Assembly: GCA_021734995.1 (NCBI GenBank)
Contig: JAIPHX010000003.1
Coordinates: 75,969 to 139,968 of the forward strand
Origin: Minisyncoccota bacterium
Lineage (GTDB): Bacteria > Patescibacteriota > Minisyncoccia > Phycocordibacterales > UBA9973
Direction of reading: 5' to 3'
DNA length: 64,000 bases
Shown here: positions 46,919 through 57,263 of the stretch, one piece after another
How positions within the stretch are numbered: position 1 is the stretch's first letter
Layout of the letters: each line of letters starts with the position of its first letter
Notes under the pieces: model-generated
The model's database searches: none
What the model saw: the letters and a program-made list of their open reading frames with translations, nothing else
Told to the model about the DNA's origin: nothing
Position numbers and translations under genes: made by a program

Positions 46919-48234
46919 TATTTTAATTCTTTTAGATATTCCAAAAGGTTTTCTATTTTCACTGTTTCTTGAGAACGTGTTTCCATGTTTCTAACGATTA
47001 CTGAATTTTCAATTGCTTCCTTTACTCCAAAAATGATTGCACAGGGAACTGATAATTTTTCAGCAATAGCCAACTGAGAACCAAGGCTATCTCTGGATAG
47101 GGATTGAGTAATAGGAATATGTGCTTTGCGTAATATGTCTATAACATTTAGACTTTTTAATTTTGCTTCTACTCCAAGCTGAATAAAACATATTTTTGGT
47201 TTTTTCATTATTCTTGGAGCAAGCTTTTTGTACCAAGAAGCTTCTATGATTCTATCTACTCCAATAGAAAATCCAACAGCAGGAACGTCTTTTTTGCCAC
47301 CTATTGTTTTCGCTAGGTAATCATATCTTCCTCCACCTGCCACAGACACAGAGCGAGTCTCTCCTCCTTCATTTGTTTCTTCTGTGACTACTTCAAAAAC
47401 AGTGCGAGTATAGTATGAAAGACCTCGCACCAAGTTTTTGTTTAAATTATATGGAATATCCATTTCTTCTAAATATTCTAAAACTTCTTTAAAGTGTTTT
47501 TTACAAGATGAACATAAAAAACTAACAGAGTCTGGAGCTCCTTGATTGATCTCTTGAGTTTTTGGATCTTTGGAATCCAAAATACGTAGAGGGTTTGTTT
47601 TTAGTCTTTCTCTATCAATAGCAGACAAGACAGAGATATTTTTTTTGTAATAGTTAGTTAATTCTTTTAGATATCCATTACGACATTCTTTGTCTCCAAT
47701 TGAATTTATATCAATAGAAAGGTTCTTTGCTCCTGCATCTTCTAGAATACTCATTCCTGCTTTTATAACCAAAGCGTCCATAATACTTTTTGGAGAACCA
47801 AGAGCGTCTAAGTCAAATTGACGAAACTCTCGATATCTTCCTTTTTGAGGATTGTCGTGCCTAAAAGATGGTCCAAATTTATACAGAAGAACTGGTTGGG
47901 GGAGTGTATGCATTCCATGCTCTATATAGGCACGCATTTGCCCTCCTGTTAGCTCTGGGCGCATTGCCAAATGATCACCACCTTTGGTTTTAAGGGTATA
48001 CATTTCTTTATCTACAATATCAGTACCTTCTCCCACTCCACGACTAAAAATTTCCTCAGATTCTAAAATGGGAGTTTGTAATGGTTTGAACCCATAATAG
48101 ACTGCCACTTCTTGAGCTTTTTCAAAAAATCCTTGAAAAGCATAATACTCATCATTCATGATATCTCTCATTCCTTTTGGAGAAGCCAATTCTTTCTTTT
48201 CTGTTTTTGTGGTAGTTTTTTTTGTTTGTTTCAT
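46918..48234 (-). CDS. hisS: histidine--tRNA ligase
   Basis: PKGMRD, RPELT, PQKGRYREF, VRGLSYY, GGGRYD. Confidence 0.96.
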   Translation of the reverse strand: MKQTKKTTTKTEKKELASPKGMRDIMNDEYYAFQGFFEKAQEVAVYYGFKPLQTPILESEEIFSRGVGEGTDIVDKEMYTLKTKGGDHLAMRPELTGGQMRAYIEHGMHTLPQPVLLYKFGPSFRHDNPQKGRYREFRQFDLDALGSPKSIMDALVIKAGMSILEDAGAKNLSIDINSIGDKECRNGYLKELTNYYKKNISVLSAIDRERLKTNPLRILDSKDPKTQEINQGAPDSVSFLCSSCKKHFKEVLEYLEEMDIPYNLNKNLVRGLSYYTRTVFEVVTEETNEGGETRSVSVAGGGRYDYLAKTIGGKKDVPAVGFSIGVDRIIEASWYKKLAPRIMKKPKICFIQLGVEAKLKSLNVIDILRKAHIPITQSLSRDSLGSQLAIAEKLSVPCAIIFGVKEAIENSVIVRNMETRSQETVKIENLLEYLKELK

Positions 48235-48235
48235 T

Positions 48236-48823
48236 TTAATTTTGTATTGGTTTATAATTTCCAGGTAAAACACTAACATCTTGGATTGGTAAAAGTCTAA
48301 CTAAAGCTCTACCTTCCATTAGGTCTCTAGAAACTGCTCCCCAGTATCTAGAATCTGAACTTGCACTTCTGTTGTCTCCCATTACAAAGTATTCGTTATC
48401 TTTTAATTCAAAGTGTATGTTGTTGTTGCCTTCCCATTTTACATAAGGTTGTTCTATTTCAAAACCTTCAGGATTTTCTTTATTAAAAATAGTGACGGTA
48501 TTGCCTTTTATTTCTACTATTTCATTGGGCATACCTATAATGCGTTTTATAAAAAACTTCTCTATGTCATTTGGATATTTAAAAACTGCCACATCATATC
48601 TTTCTGGGTCAGATATACGATAAGAAATCTCATCTACGATAAGATAATCTCCTGTGCTAAAAGTAGGTGACATTGAAGAGCCAGATACTACAAATGGCTG
48701 AGCGACGTACATTCTAATAGGAGCTACTATGATAATGGCTAATGCTAAAAATCTTACTAATTCCCAAAAGGATTGTTTTTTGTCCTCTTCTTTTGGTATA
48801 GAATCTTGTTTCTCTGTATCCAT
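48236..48823 (-). CDS. lepB: signal peptidase I
   Basis: SGSSM.PT, FIKRIIG.P, GDNR..S.DSR.WG. Confidence 0.95.
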   Translation of the reverse strand: MDTEKQDSIPKEEDKKQSFWELVRFLALAIIIVAPIRMYVAQPFVVSGSSMSPTFSTGDYLIVDEISYRISDPERYDVAVFKYPNDIEKFFIKRIIGMPNEIVEIKGNTVTIFNKENPEGFEIEQPYVKWEGNNNIHFELKDNEYFVMGDNRSASSDSRYWGAVSRDLMEGRALVRLLPIQDVSVLPGNYKPIQN

Positions 48824-48886
48824 TTGGAGAATTATATCACTAAAAATACTTTGACACAATAGAGAATTTCAGTGTATTATAAATAT

Positions 48887-49471
48887 ATGAAAATAATTGT
48901 AGGGCTTGGAAATATTGGGGAAGAATATCTTGGGCATAGACATAATGCTGGCTTTATAGTTTTAGATTATATCCTTGGGAAAAAAGCAGAATGGAAAGAA
49001 ATTTCTGGCGGTAAATTGCTCTATGTAAAAGATTCTTTGGGAAGTAAACAAGTGCAGTATATAAAGCCTACTACTTTTATGAATAACTCTGGGACTGCGG
49101 TGGCTTTTATGAAAGAAAAAAATAAACTTACTCTAAAAGATATTGTTGTGATTTACGATGATATAGATCTACCATTGGGAAAAATAAAAATATCTTTTGA
49201 TAAATCTTCTGGTGGGCACAATGGGCTAGAATCTATAATCAAAAAGTTAAAGTCAAAAGAATTTGTACGCATAAGGGTAGGGGTGTGTCCGACTACTCCT
49301 TTAGGGAAAATGAAAAAACCACAGGGAGAAGAAAAACTCCTTAATTTTTTGCTTGGAGATTTCAAAAAAGAAGAATTGGACCAACTTAAAAAAGTTTCTA
49401 AAAAAATAGCCGAAGCCTTGGAAATGATTTTTAATGAAAGCAAAGAGAAGGCAATGAGCCTGTATAACTAG
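48887..49471 (+). CDS. pth: peptidyl-tRNA hydrolase
   Basis: VGLGN.G..Y..HRHNAG, KPTTFMN.SG, GGHNG. Confidence 0.95.
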   Translation: MKIIVGLGNIGEEYLGHRHNAGFIVLDYILGKKAEWKEISGGKLLYVKDSLGSKQVQYIKPTTFMNNSGTAVAFMKEKNKLTLKDIVVIYDDIDLPLGKIKISFDKSSGGHNGLESIIKKLKSKEFVRIRVGVCPTTPLGKMKKPQGEEKLLNFLLGDFKKEELDQLKKVSKKIAEALEMIFNESKEKAMSLYN

Positions 49472-49481
49472 CTATCTGTGA

Positions 49482-52400
49482 CTAGATTTCTTTCATATCT
49501 TCTATAATGATGCTTTTTTCTCCATTACGTATAGATACTTTTCCAGATAGAGCAATACATTTTTCTTTTTGAATAATTTCTTTTTTATCTTTAAATAAAG
49601 AGGGGAAGACTACTGCTTCAATGTTACCAGTAAGATCTTCTATGTTTAAAAAAGCCATCTGATCATTTTTCTTTGTGATGACCTCTCGGATATTTGCAAT
49701 CATTCCACCAATAGTGATAGGGAAGCCATTGGTTACTTCTTCCTTAATTTTTTTGATGTTCATATTTTTGTTTTGAAGTTTTTCTTTTACTCTCTCTAGA
49801 GGGTGACCAGAAATATAAAGACCAAGCAATTCTTTTTCCCAAGAAAGTTTTTCATTTTTAGTAGCGGGCTCTGATTCTTTCAATTGAAATTCTGGCATTT
49901 TTATTTCAGCCATTCCTCCAAAGAGAGAATTTTGATTTGCAGGCGCTTTATCTATCTCTTTGTTGTAAGCAAGCATACTTTCTAAATTATTTAAAAGTGT
50001 TCCTCGTTCTCCAAACTCATCCATTGAACCGGATTTGATTAAAGCTTCCATGGATTTTTTGTTTAAGTTTTTATGTCTGACTCTTTCCAAAAAGTTTCCA
50101 ATAGATATAAATTTGCCTTTTGTTTTTCGTTCTTCAATTATTGCTTCTCCTATATCTGCACCAAAGTTTTTTATTGTATATAATCCAAAGCGAATAGTAT
50201 TTTGATCTATGTATGTAAAACCTTTAAAACTTTCATTTATGTTTGGGGGTAGTATTTTGATACTCATTACTTCGCACTCTTTTACTATTTCAGATATTTT
50301 ATCTACATCACCACTTTCTGCAGTAAGAATAGCAGTCATATATTCAGTAGGATAATTGGCTTTCATATATGCTGTTTGATAAGCGACTCTTCCATAGCTG
50401 GCTGAGTGCGCCTTGTTGAAACCATAAGCAGCAAAAGGTTCTATCCAGTTCCATAATTCTTGAGCTTTTTTTAATGGCCATTTACTCTTCTCTACACAGC
50501 CATTGATAAATTTTTCTTTCTGTTTCGCCATCTCTTCTGGAATTTTTTTTCCAACTGCTTTACGGAGTTTGTCTGCTTCTCCCCAAGAATATCCTGCTAT
50601 GTGGATAGCGATAAGAAGTAGGTCATCTTGATAGACAAGCACCCCATAAGTCTGTTTGAGGATTGGCTCTAAGCTAGGATCCATATATTTTACCAATCTT
50701 GGGTTGTGTTTTCTTTCTATATAGAGGGGGATAAATTGCATAGGTCCAGGACGATACAGAGCTACCATTGCATTTATATCATGAATAGAAGAAGGCTTTA
50801 GTTGTTTTAAATAATTAGTCATACCAGAACCGTTTAATTGGAAAAGCCCTTCAGTCTGTCCTTTTGCCAACAGTTCAAAAGTTTTCTTATCTTCAATATC
50901 TACGTTCTCAATATCTACAATTTTGTTGTGCACTTTCTGTACGATTTTTACAGCATCAGCAAGAATAGAAAGATTACGAATACCCAAAAAATCAAACTTC
51001 GGTAGTCCTACATCTTCTATTTGGTACATATCATATTGAGTGATTACGTCACCACCTTTGGGATCGTATTGAATAGGGGTAAATTCATATAAAGGTTTTG
51101 GAGAAATGACAATTCCTGCAGCGTGCACAGATACATGTCGGACACATCCCTCCATTTTCTTTGCTAAGTCTATTATTTTTTTGGTGTCAGTTTCTTTTTT
51201 GTATGCTTCTTTTAATTCTGGGACTAATTCCATTGCATGATCAATAGTCATGGGTGTTCCTTGAGAACCAAGAGGAATTAATCCTGCTATTCTATCTCCA
51301 ATAGCATATTCATAACCAAGAGCTCGAGCGACATCTCGCACAGAACCTTTTGCCATCATTGTGCCAAAGGTTCCAATCTGAGCCACTCTATCATGCCCAT
51401 ATTTGTCTCTAGCATAGGTAATCATTTCTGCTCGTCTATTGTCAGCAAAGTCCATATCAATATCAGGTAGAGATGGTCTTTCTGGATTTAGAAATCTTTC
51501 AAATGGGAGTTTATAAAAAAATGGATCTACATTGGTAATACCCAAGAGGTATGTAGTAAGGGATCCTGCTACAGATCCTCTAATATTTGTAAGAATATTT
51601 TTTTCTCTAGCAAAACGAAGCAAATCTCCTACCACTAAAAAATATGTAGCGTAACCTTTTTGTTTGATGATATCCAATTCATAAGTAAGTCTTTTTAAGT
51701 ATTCTTCGCTTTGAGGTAGTTTTCTAAATTCAAAACCATTGTATGCTAGTTTTTTTAAAACTTCATTTGCATCCTCATCATTTTCTGTTTTAAAATCAGG
51801 GAAGTAAGCTTTGCCGAGCTCTATTTCGTAATCTTCACAAAGATTTGCTACAAGCATAGTGTTTGGTACTGCTTCTGGGGTATCTTTAAAATATTCTAAA
51901 GCAGTCTTTTCATTAATAATAGAAAAGTCATCATCAGAAAATTCAAACTTGCCTTTGTCTTTACCTGTAGCTCCTGTGTTCACAGCAAGAAGAGTGTGGT
52001 GTGCCTCATGATCATCTTTGCAAGGATAGTGTGAGTCTTGTGTAGCTACTACAGGAATATTACATTTTTTTCCCAACATTTTTATTCCATCTCTTAGTTC
52101 TTTATCAAATTCTATGCCGGCATGAGCTTGTGTTTCTAAAAAATAATTTTCTTTACCAAAAATTTCTTGATGTTGAAGTATTATTTTTTCTGCTTTTTCA
52201 AAATCTTTTGCTCGCACAGCATGAGAGAGCTTGCTGTTTGGACAACCTGATAGACATACAAGACCATCACTGTATTTTGCTAAATGCTCTTCATCTATTC
52301 TTGGCTTGTAGTAATATCCTTCAAGATTGGCAATAGTAACTAAGCGCATTAAGTTTTTGTATCCTTGAAGATTTTTTGCCAAGATGGTCATATGGTATCT

Positions 52401-52667
52401 ACGATTGTCTATCCCAGGGTCTTTGTCTGTGAGTTTTCTTTCTGCAATATAGAATTCGCATCCAATAATGGGTTTAATTCCTGCTTTTTTGCATTCTTTG
52501 TAGAATTCTATTGCTCCATACATATTGCCATGGTCAGTAATAGCCACAGCAGGCATATTGTTTTCTTTGGCTATCTTTACGATTTGTTCTATTTTTGAAA
52601 GTCCATCAAGTAGGGAATAGTGAGAGTGGGTATGCAAATGGACAAATTGTGAATCTTTTTGGTTCAT
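49482..52667 (-). CDS. dnaE: DNA polymerase III alpha subunit
   Basis: PHP HLHTHSHYSLLDG, ERPSLPDIDMDF, YGFNKAH, OB fold. Confidence 0.97.
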   Translation of the reverse strand: MNQKDSQFVHLHTHSHYSLLDGLSKIEQIVKIAKENNMPAVAITDHGNMYGAIEFYKECKKAGIKPIIGCEFYIAERKLTDKDPGIDNRRYHMTILAKNLQGYKNLMRLVTIANLEGYYYKPRIDEEHLAKYSDGLVCLSGCPNSKLSHAVRAKDFEKAEKIILQHQEIFGKENYFLETQAHAGIEFDKELRDGIKMLGKKCNIPVVATQDSHYPCKDDHEAHHTLLAVNTGATGKDKGKFEFSDDDFSIINEKTALEYFKDTPEAVPNTMLVANLCEDYEIELGKAYFPDFKTENDEDANEVLKKLAYNGFEFRKLPQSEEYLKRLTYELDIIKQKGYATYFLVVGDLLRFAREKNILTNIRGSVAGSLTTYLLGITNVDPFFYKLPFERFLNPERPSLPDIDMDFADNRRAEMITYARDKYGHDRVAQIGTFGTMMAKGSVRDVARALGYEYAIGDRIAGLIPLGSQGTPMTIDHAMELVPELKEAYKKETDTKKIIDLAKKMEGCVRHVSVHAAGIVISPKPLYEFTPIQYDPKGGDVITQYDMYQIEDVGLPKFDFLGIRNLSILADAVKIVQKVHNKIVDIENVDIEDKKTFELLAKGQTEGLFQLNGSGMTNYLKQLKPSSIHDINAMVALYRPGPMQFIPLYIERKHNPRLVKYMDPSLEPILKQTYGVLVYQDDLLLIAIHIAGYSWGEADKLRKAVGKKIPEEMAKQKEKFINGCVEKSKWPLKKAQELWNWIEPFAAYGFNKAHSASYGRVAYQTAYMKANYPTEYMTAILTAESGDVDKISEIVKECEVMSIKILPPNINESFKGFTYIDQNTIRFGLYTIKNFGADIGEAIIEERKTKGKFISIGNFLERVRHKNLNKKSMEALIKSGSMDEFGERGTLLNNLESMLAYNKEIDKAPANQNSLFGGMAEIKMPEFQLKESEPATKNEKLSWEKELLGLYISGHPLERVKEKLQNKNMNIKKIKEEVTNGFPITIGGMIANIREVITKKNDQMAFLNIEDLTGNIEAVVFPSLFKDKKEIIQKEKCIALSGKVSIRNGEKSIIIEDMKEI

Positions 52668-52814
52668 CAATTATATATTAACATATTTTTTAAGACTTGC
52701 CTTTTGCCTTTTTTTTAGCTCAGCAACCAATTGTAGGGCATGTATTGTCGTATTAGATATATCTAATTTTAAGTGTATTATGTAGTTTTTTAAAAAGTTT
52801 GATATAATAAATGC

Positions 52815-53840
52815 ATGAATAAAATAAAAGTAGGAATCAATGGTTTTGGCCGTATTGGCCGTGCTTTTTTTAAAATAGCTTTTGATCGTGAAGATTTAGA
52901 AGTAGTGGCAGTAAATGATCTTGGAGATGTTCACAATATGGCGTATTTATTAAAACACGATACCGTTTATAGAACATGGGCACACGATGTTCAGTCTGGT
53001 GAAGGTGAGATAGTAGTAGATGGTAGAAAAATAAAAGTATTAGCCGAAAAAGATCCAGTAAATTTACCTTGGAAAGATTTAGGAGTAGATGTAGTAGTAG
53101 AGTCCACAGGATTTTTTACTTCTTTTGATAAAGCTTCTGCCCATTTGCAAGCAGGCGCAAAAAAAGTAGTAATTTCAGCTCCAGCAAAAGGGGAAAATGA
53201 TTCAGTAAAAGGTGAGACTATATTACTGTCTGTAAATGAAGAAAAATTTGGTACTTGTGATGTGACTTCTAATGCTTCTTGTACTACAAACGCTGCTTCT
53301 CCTTTGATTGCGATTTTGCATGAAGCTCTTGGTATAGAGAAAGCAATTTTAAATACTGTACATGGGTACACAGCTTCTCAAGCATTAGTAGATGGAGCTA
53401 ATAAAAAAGATTTTAGAGAAGGAAGGGCAGGGGCGCAAAACATAGTGCCAAGCTCTACAGGGGCTGCGATTGCGGTAATAAAAGCATTTCCAGAGCTTAC
53501 AGGGCTTTTTGATGGTATATCTATCAGAGTACCCGTACCCGCTGGATCTATTGTAGACATTACTTTTATTTCTAAAAAAGAAACTTCTAAAGAAGAAGTA
53601 AATGAAATTTTACGCAAAGCTTCACAAGATCCAAAATGGAATAAAATTTTTGGAGTCACAGAGGAGGATTTAGTATCTAGTGATATTTTGGGAGAGTCTA
53701 GAGCATCTTTGGCTGATCTAAAAATGACTAGAGTGGTAGGTGGAAATCTAGTAAAAGTTCTTGGGTGGTATGATAATGAAATGGGGTATACTTATACTTT
53801 AGTAGATCATGTTATAAAAACTGGAAATACAATACGTTAA
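52815..53840 (+). CDS. gap: glyceraldehyde-3-phosphate dehydrogenase
   Basis: GINGFGRIGR, ASCTTN, WYDNE. Confidence 0.97.
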   Translation: MNKIKVGINGFGRIGRAFFKIAFDREDLEVVAVNDLGDVHNMAYLLKHDTVYRTWAHDVQSGEGEIVVDGRKIKVLAEKDPVNLPWKDLGVDVVVESTGFFTSFDKASAHLQAGAKKVVISAPAKGENDSVKGETILLSVNEEKFGTCDVTSNASCTTNAASPLIAILHEALGIEKAILNTVHGYTASQALVDGANKKDFREGRAGAQNIVPSSTGAAIAVIKAFPELTGLFDGISIRVPVPAGSIVDITFISKKETSKEEVNEILRKASQDPKWNKIFGVTEEDLVSSDILGESRASLADLKMTRVVGGNLVKVLGWYDNEMGYTYTLVDHVIKTGNTIR

Positions 53841-53864
53841 AAGTTTGAAACTGAGAAATTTAAG

Positions 53865-54485
53865 ATGAGCTATTCGGAAGAAAGTAAAAATAAATTACTT
53901 CAATACTATAATAATTTAATTTCAGAGCATACAGATAATAATGCACAAGCTCAAGGTTGGGCGAGTGAAGATACAGAGAATGCTCGTTTTGAAATATTTT
54001 CTAAAGTTGGTGATTTAAATAATCATTCAGTTTTGGATGTTGGGTGTGGCTTTGGAGATTTCTACAGTTTTCTGAAAAGTAAGAGAATTGATTGCAAATA
54101 TACAGGTATAGATATAAATCCGGAAATGATAAAAACAGCAGAAACAAAATATCCAAGTGCGCAATTTCAAGTAATAGATTTTGGGGATAATGATTTTACA
54201 GAAAAGTTTGATTATATCTTTTGTTCTGGCGCCTTGTCCTTCATGGTGCCCGACTATAAAAACTTTTATTTTGCTAAAGTAAAAAAAATGTTTGAATTGT
54301 CCAAAAAGGGAGTGGCCTTTAATATGCTTACAGAAAAAAATAATATTAAAACTGAAGATGAAAAATTATATGCGACTTATTCTACCCAAGAAGTTCTTGA
54401 TTTTTGCAAAGAATTAACAGAAAAAGTATCTATACAAGAGGGTTATTTACCAAATGATTTCACGGTATTCTTGTATCACATTTAA
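53865..54485 (+). CDS. class I SAM-dependent methyltransferase
   Basis: VLDVGCGFG, YTGIDI, FDYI. Confidence 0.88.
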   Translation: MSYSEESKNKLLQYYNNLISEHTDNNAQAQGWASEDTENARFEIFSKVGDLNNHSVLDVGCGFGDFYSFLKSKRIDCKYTGIDINPEMIKTAETKYPSAQFQVIDFGDNDFTEKFDYIFCSGALSFMVPDYKNFYFAKVKKMFELSKKGVAFNMLTEKNNIKTEDEKLYATYSTQEVLDFCKELTEKVSIQEGYLPNDFTVFLYHI

Positions 54486-54649
54486 TTCGTTTCTTGCTAT
54501 ATAAAAATGTTTTGGTATGGTGTTCGTTGGTGATTAATTCATTGTCTCGAAAGAGGTCAGTCGGGTATACGGCTTGATGCTAAAAATGAAAAATCACAGG
54601 GCAGACATCTGAGCAAGGTGTCTGTTTCGTTCTTTAGAGTAAAATTTAA

Positions 54650-55081
54650 CTAGGCATCACTTAAATCAATAAGATATTTTTTCAGCGTTCTTTGAATTTG
54701 AATGACTATTTTCTCACGAGAAATTGGTTTACTTCTCGCTATGCCTTTTGCAAAATTGTACAAATCCTCGTTACTCATCCGTATCCACTTTCCATTTTTA
54801 TGACAAAGATAAAGCATACTCATAACTGCAATTCTTTTGTTCCCATTTTGGAATGGGTGATTTTTAATTATAAAATAGAATAAAACACTAGCTTTTCCAA
54901 TAAGCCCTCTGTATAAATCTTTCTTATTAAATTGCATAAACGGGGTTTCTATACAGCTCTCGAGTATATTAGGAAATCTAGTGCCGAATTCGGGGATAGG
55001 TTCATCGTAAGTCATTAACTTTTGTGCAAATAAGAATGCAACGTATTCTATTTCCTTTACCGTAATTTTCTTTGTTCTCAT
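54650..55081 (-). CDS. Fic/Doc family toxin
   Basis: HPFQNGNKR motif. Confidence 0.88.
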   Translation of the reverse strand: MRTKKITVKEIEYVAFLFAQKLMTYDEPIPEFGTRFPNILESCIETPFMQFNKKDLYRGLIGKASVLFYFIIKNHPFQNGNKRIAVMSMLYLCHKNGKWIRMSNEDLYNFAKGIARSKPISREKIVIQIQRTLKKYLIDLSDA

Positions 55082-55335
55082 TACTCTTTACTTAATTTAT
55101 TAAATACTTCCCCGTATTCTTTTAATGCTTTATCAATTACTTTTTCTATTTCTGTTCTTTTGTGAGTACCAATAGTTTCTCCCAAAATTTCTTCGATAGA
55201 TTCATAGGGAATGACATAATTGCGACCAATTTTTTCAGCCTTAATTTTTCCGCTCTTTATTTTCCTAAAGATCTCTACTCTACTTAAGTGTAGTATGTTA
55301 GCGACCTCTTGAGTTGAATACATGTTTTTCTTCAT
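55081..55335 (-). CDS. excisionase-type HTH protein, probable antitoxin
   Basis: YSTQEVA..L..SR......IKSGKIKA.KIGR; translationally coupled to Fic gene. Confidence 0.8.
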   Translation of the reverse strand: MKKNMYSTQEVANILHLSRVEIFRKIKSGKIKAEKIGRNYVIPYESIEEILGETIGTHKRTEIEKVIDKALKEYGEVFNKLSKE

Positions 55336-55344
55336 GTTTGTATG

Positions 55345-55358
55345 GTAACATATGTTAC
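55345..55358. promoter_or_regulatory. palindromic operator at HTH-Fic promoter
   Basis: Perfect palindrome GTAACATATGTTAC overlapping the minus-strand -10 (TACCAT). Confidence 0.6.
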
Positions 55359-55484
55359 ATTACAAATCAACCCATATTTAAAAGGTCAAACAAGACATTG
55401 CTATTTAAAACCAAGCTTGGTAAACTTATATCTAGGTGAGCTCGACAGGGGCTTTTCTTAGAGACTTTTATGATAAAAATGATA

Positions 55485-55559
55485 TGGTATCGTAATGAAA
55501 TGGGGTATACTTATACTCTTGTAGATCATGTGGTAAAGACAGGTGGGAGTATAAAATAA
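55485..55559 (+). pseudogene. gap: duplicated 3' end of gap (24 codons + stop)
   Basis: WYRNEMGYTYTLVDHVVKTGGSIK* versus gap WYDNEMGYTYTLVDHVIKTGNTIR* (53766-53840). Confidence 0.9.
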
Positions 55560-56506
55560 TGGATAAAAATTTAGAAATATTAAGAGATGTCCCTCAATTA
55601 GATTTTAAAGATATCTATAGTGATATTCTTGATATAGAAAATTTAATTAAATATAAAGATTATACTAGCGATAAAATAGAAGAAGAAAAAAAGAAAAAGA
55701 TAAAAAACAAATTAGGAACTATAAATAACTACAGTCAAGTTACTTTAGGACTTAAATTCTCTTTTTTCCAAAAAAAGGAACCAGACTTAGAGGAATTATC
55801 ACACAAAGAAAGATTAACAATAGATATTGTTGATTATGATATGTTTGTTAATTTTTTAGAAAGTTTAAAGAAAGACATAGAAAATAAACCTCAAAATGAT
55901 TTTTTGGTTTTCATTTTATCTAAATTAGTTGGTCAGTTTAGGTATCATTATCACTTTGATACATTTAATAAAAGAAAAGTAGATGATAATTTTTTAGATT
56001 TTGTTTTTTGTATAGAAAAAATATTAAAAGAATATGATCGATTAGGTTTAGAAAGTTATACAACAAAACTAAAAGAATATAATGATTTATTAAAGAAAGG
56101 TTATATTAAAGAATATATTCTTGCAAAAGAAATGGGTTTCATTAAATCAAATGATGAAAAGATTTTTAATTATTTATCTACTTCAAATCCAAAAATGTAT
56201 TCAGAAAGTTGGAATGATTTCTTTGTGTTTGTTCAAAAATGTAAAGAAAATCCTAAATCCATCCCTTTATTGAAAGAAGTATTTGAAAATGCAAAAAATG
56301 CAATAAAACAGCACAGACAATATATAGATTATCGTTTAGAACAGTTTAAGAATGTAGATATAAAAATGATGAAAAGAAACGATAAGGAAATGTACTTATT
56401 TAAAAAAATTGTAGAAGATTATGATAGAGTTCACTCAGTTGATGATATAATTAAATCTGTAGAATATAAGTTTTCTTTTTTAGAAGAATATTTAAAAAAT
56501 AATTAA
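55559..56506 (+). CDS. hypothetical protein
   Basis: 315-aa ORF; ATG overlaps the stop of the gap remnant (TAATG). Confidence 0.6.
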   Translation: MDKNLEILRDVPQLDFKDIYSDILDIENLIKYKDYTSDKIEEEKKKKIKNKLGTINNYSQVTLGLKFSFFQKKEPDLEELSHKERLTIDIVDYDMFVNFLESLKKDIENKPQNDFLVFILSKLVGQFRYHYHFDTFNKRKVDDNFLDFVFCIEKILKEYDRLGLESYTTKLKEYNDLLKKGYIKEYILAKEMGFIKSNDEKIFNYLSTSNPKMYSESWNDFFVFVQKCKENPKSIPLLKEVFENAKNAIKQHRQYIDYRLEQFKNVDIKMMKRNDKEMYLFKKIVEDYDRVHSVDDIIKSVEYKFSFLEEYLKNN

Positions 56507-56509
56507 ATT

Positions 56510-57157
56510 ATGAAAAAACAAATAGGAGGAGTTGTGTTAAGTAAAATAAAAAAAGGTAAATTGATATTTTTTGTTGTTTTGTTTTTCTCTTTTGTTTTTG
56601 TTACACAAAATGTTTTTGCTTGTAGTCCTATACAAAGAACTGCACAAGAAAATATTGAATATGCAGATATAATTTTTACAGGGGAACTTGTGTCAAACAT
56701 AGAACCTAAATCTGAATATATAGAAAACTTGGGAGAATTTTTTGGTTTGCACACTATGACTTTTAAAGTTGAAAAATATTGGAAAGGTAAACCAGATGAA
56801 ATTTTAGAAGTAAAAGGTGTCACAGAATCTTGTATAGGATTTAGTCCAAAGATCGGTGCTAAATATCTTTTGTATGCTAAAAAAGATAATAATCTTAATG
56901 CATATACTGTTTCCTTTTTGAATATAATTGAAGTCTCAAGTTTATCTGATTATAAAGTATTAGAATCTCTTGGAGAAGCAAAAACTTTTATCAATCAAAA
57001 GTCAATTATAAAAGATGATATTAATAAAAAAAATATCAAAAAAGAATCTGATAAAAGTATAGAAACAAAAGATTTAAATAATGATATTAATATTGAAGAA
57101 TATAAACCTTCCATCCTACGAAGATTCCTTTTGTGGCTTTTGAGTTTTACTAAATAA
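56510..57157 (+). CDS. secreted TIMP/NTR-like protein
   Basis: ACS......AD.IF.G, F.VEKYWKG, C...P..G.KYL.YA; amphipathic C-terminus. Confidence 0.65.
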   Translation: MKKQIGGVVLSKIKKGKLIFFVVLFFSFVFVTQNVFACSPIQRTAQENIEYADIIFTGELVSNIEPKSEYIENLGEFFGLHTMTFKVEKYWKGKPDEILEVKGVTESCIGFSPKIGAKYLLYAKKDNNLNAYTVSFLNIIEVSSLSDYKVLESLGEAKTFINQKSIIKDDINKKNIKKESDKSIETKDLNNDINIEEYKPSILRRFLLWLLSFTK

Positions 57158-57263
57158 TCTTGTTTTTTATATTAGATTTTATCTACTCAAGAATCATTAA
57201 AGACTCAAAAATTTATAACTTATCAGAGTAGAATTAAAATTAATTTTTTGCTATTATTAAGTT

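Noticed and set aside
49482-52667. Intein or split in dnaE
   Set aside because: Continuous ~1060-aa ORF with no visible intein motifs.
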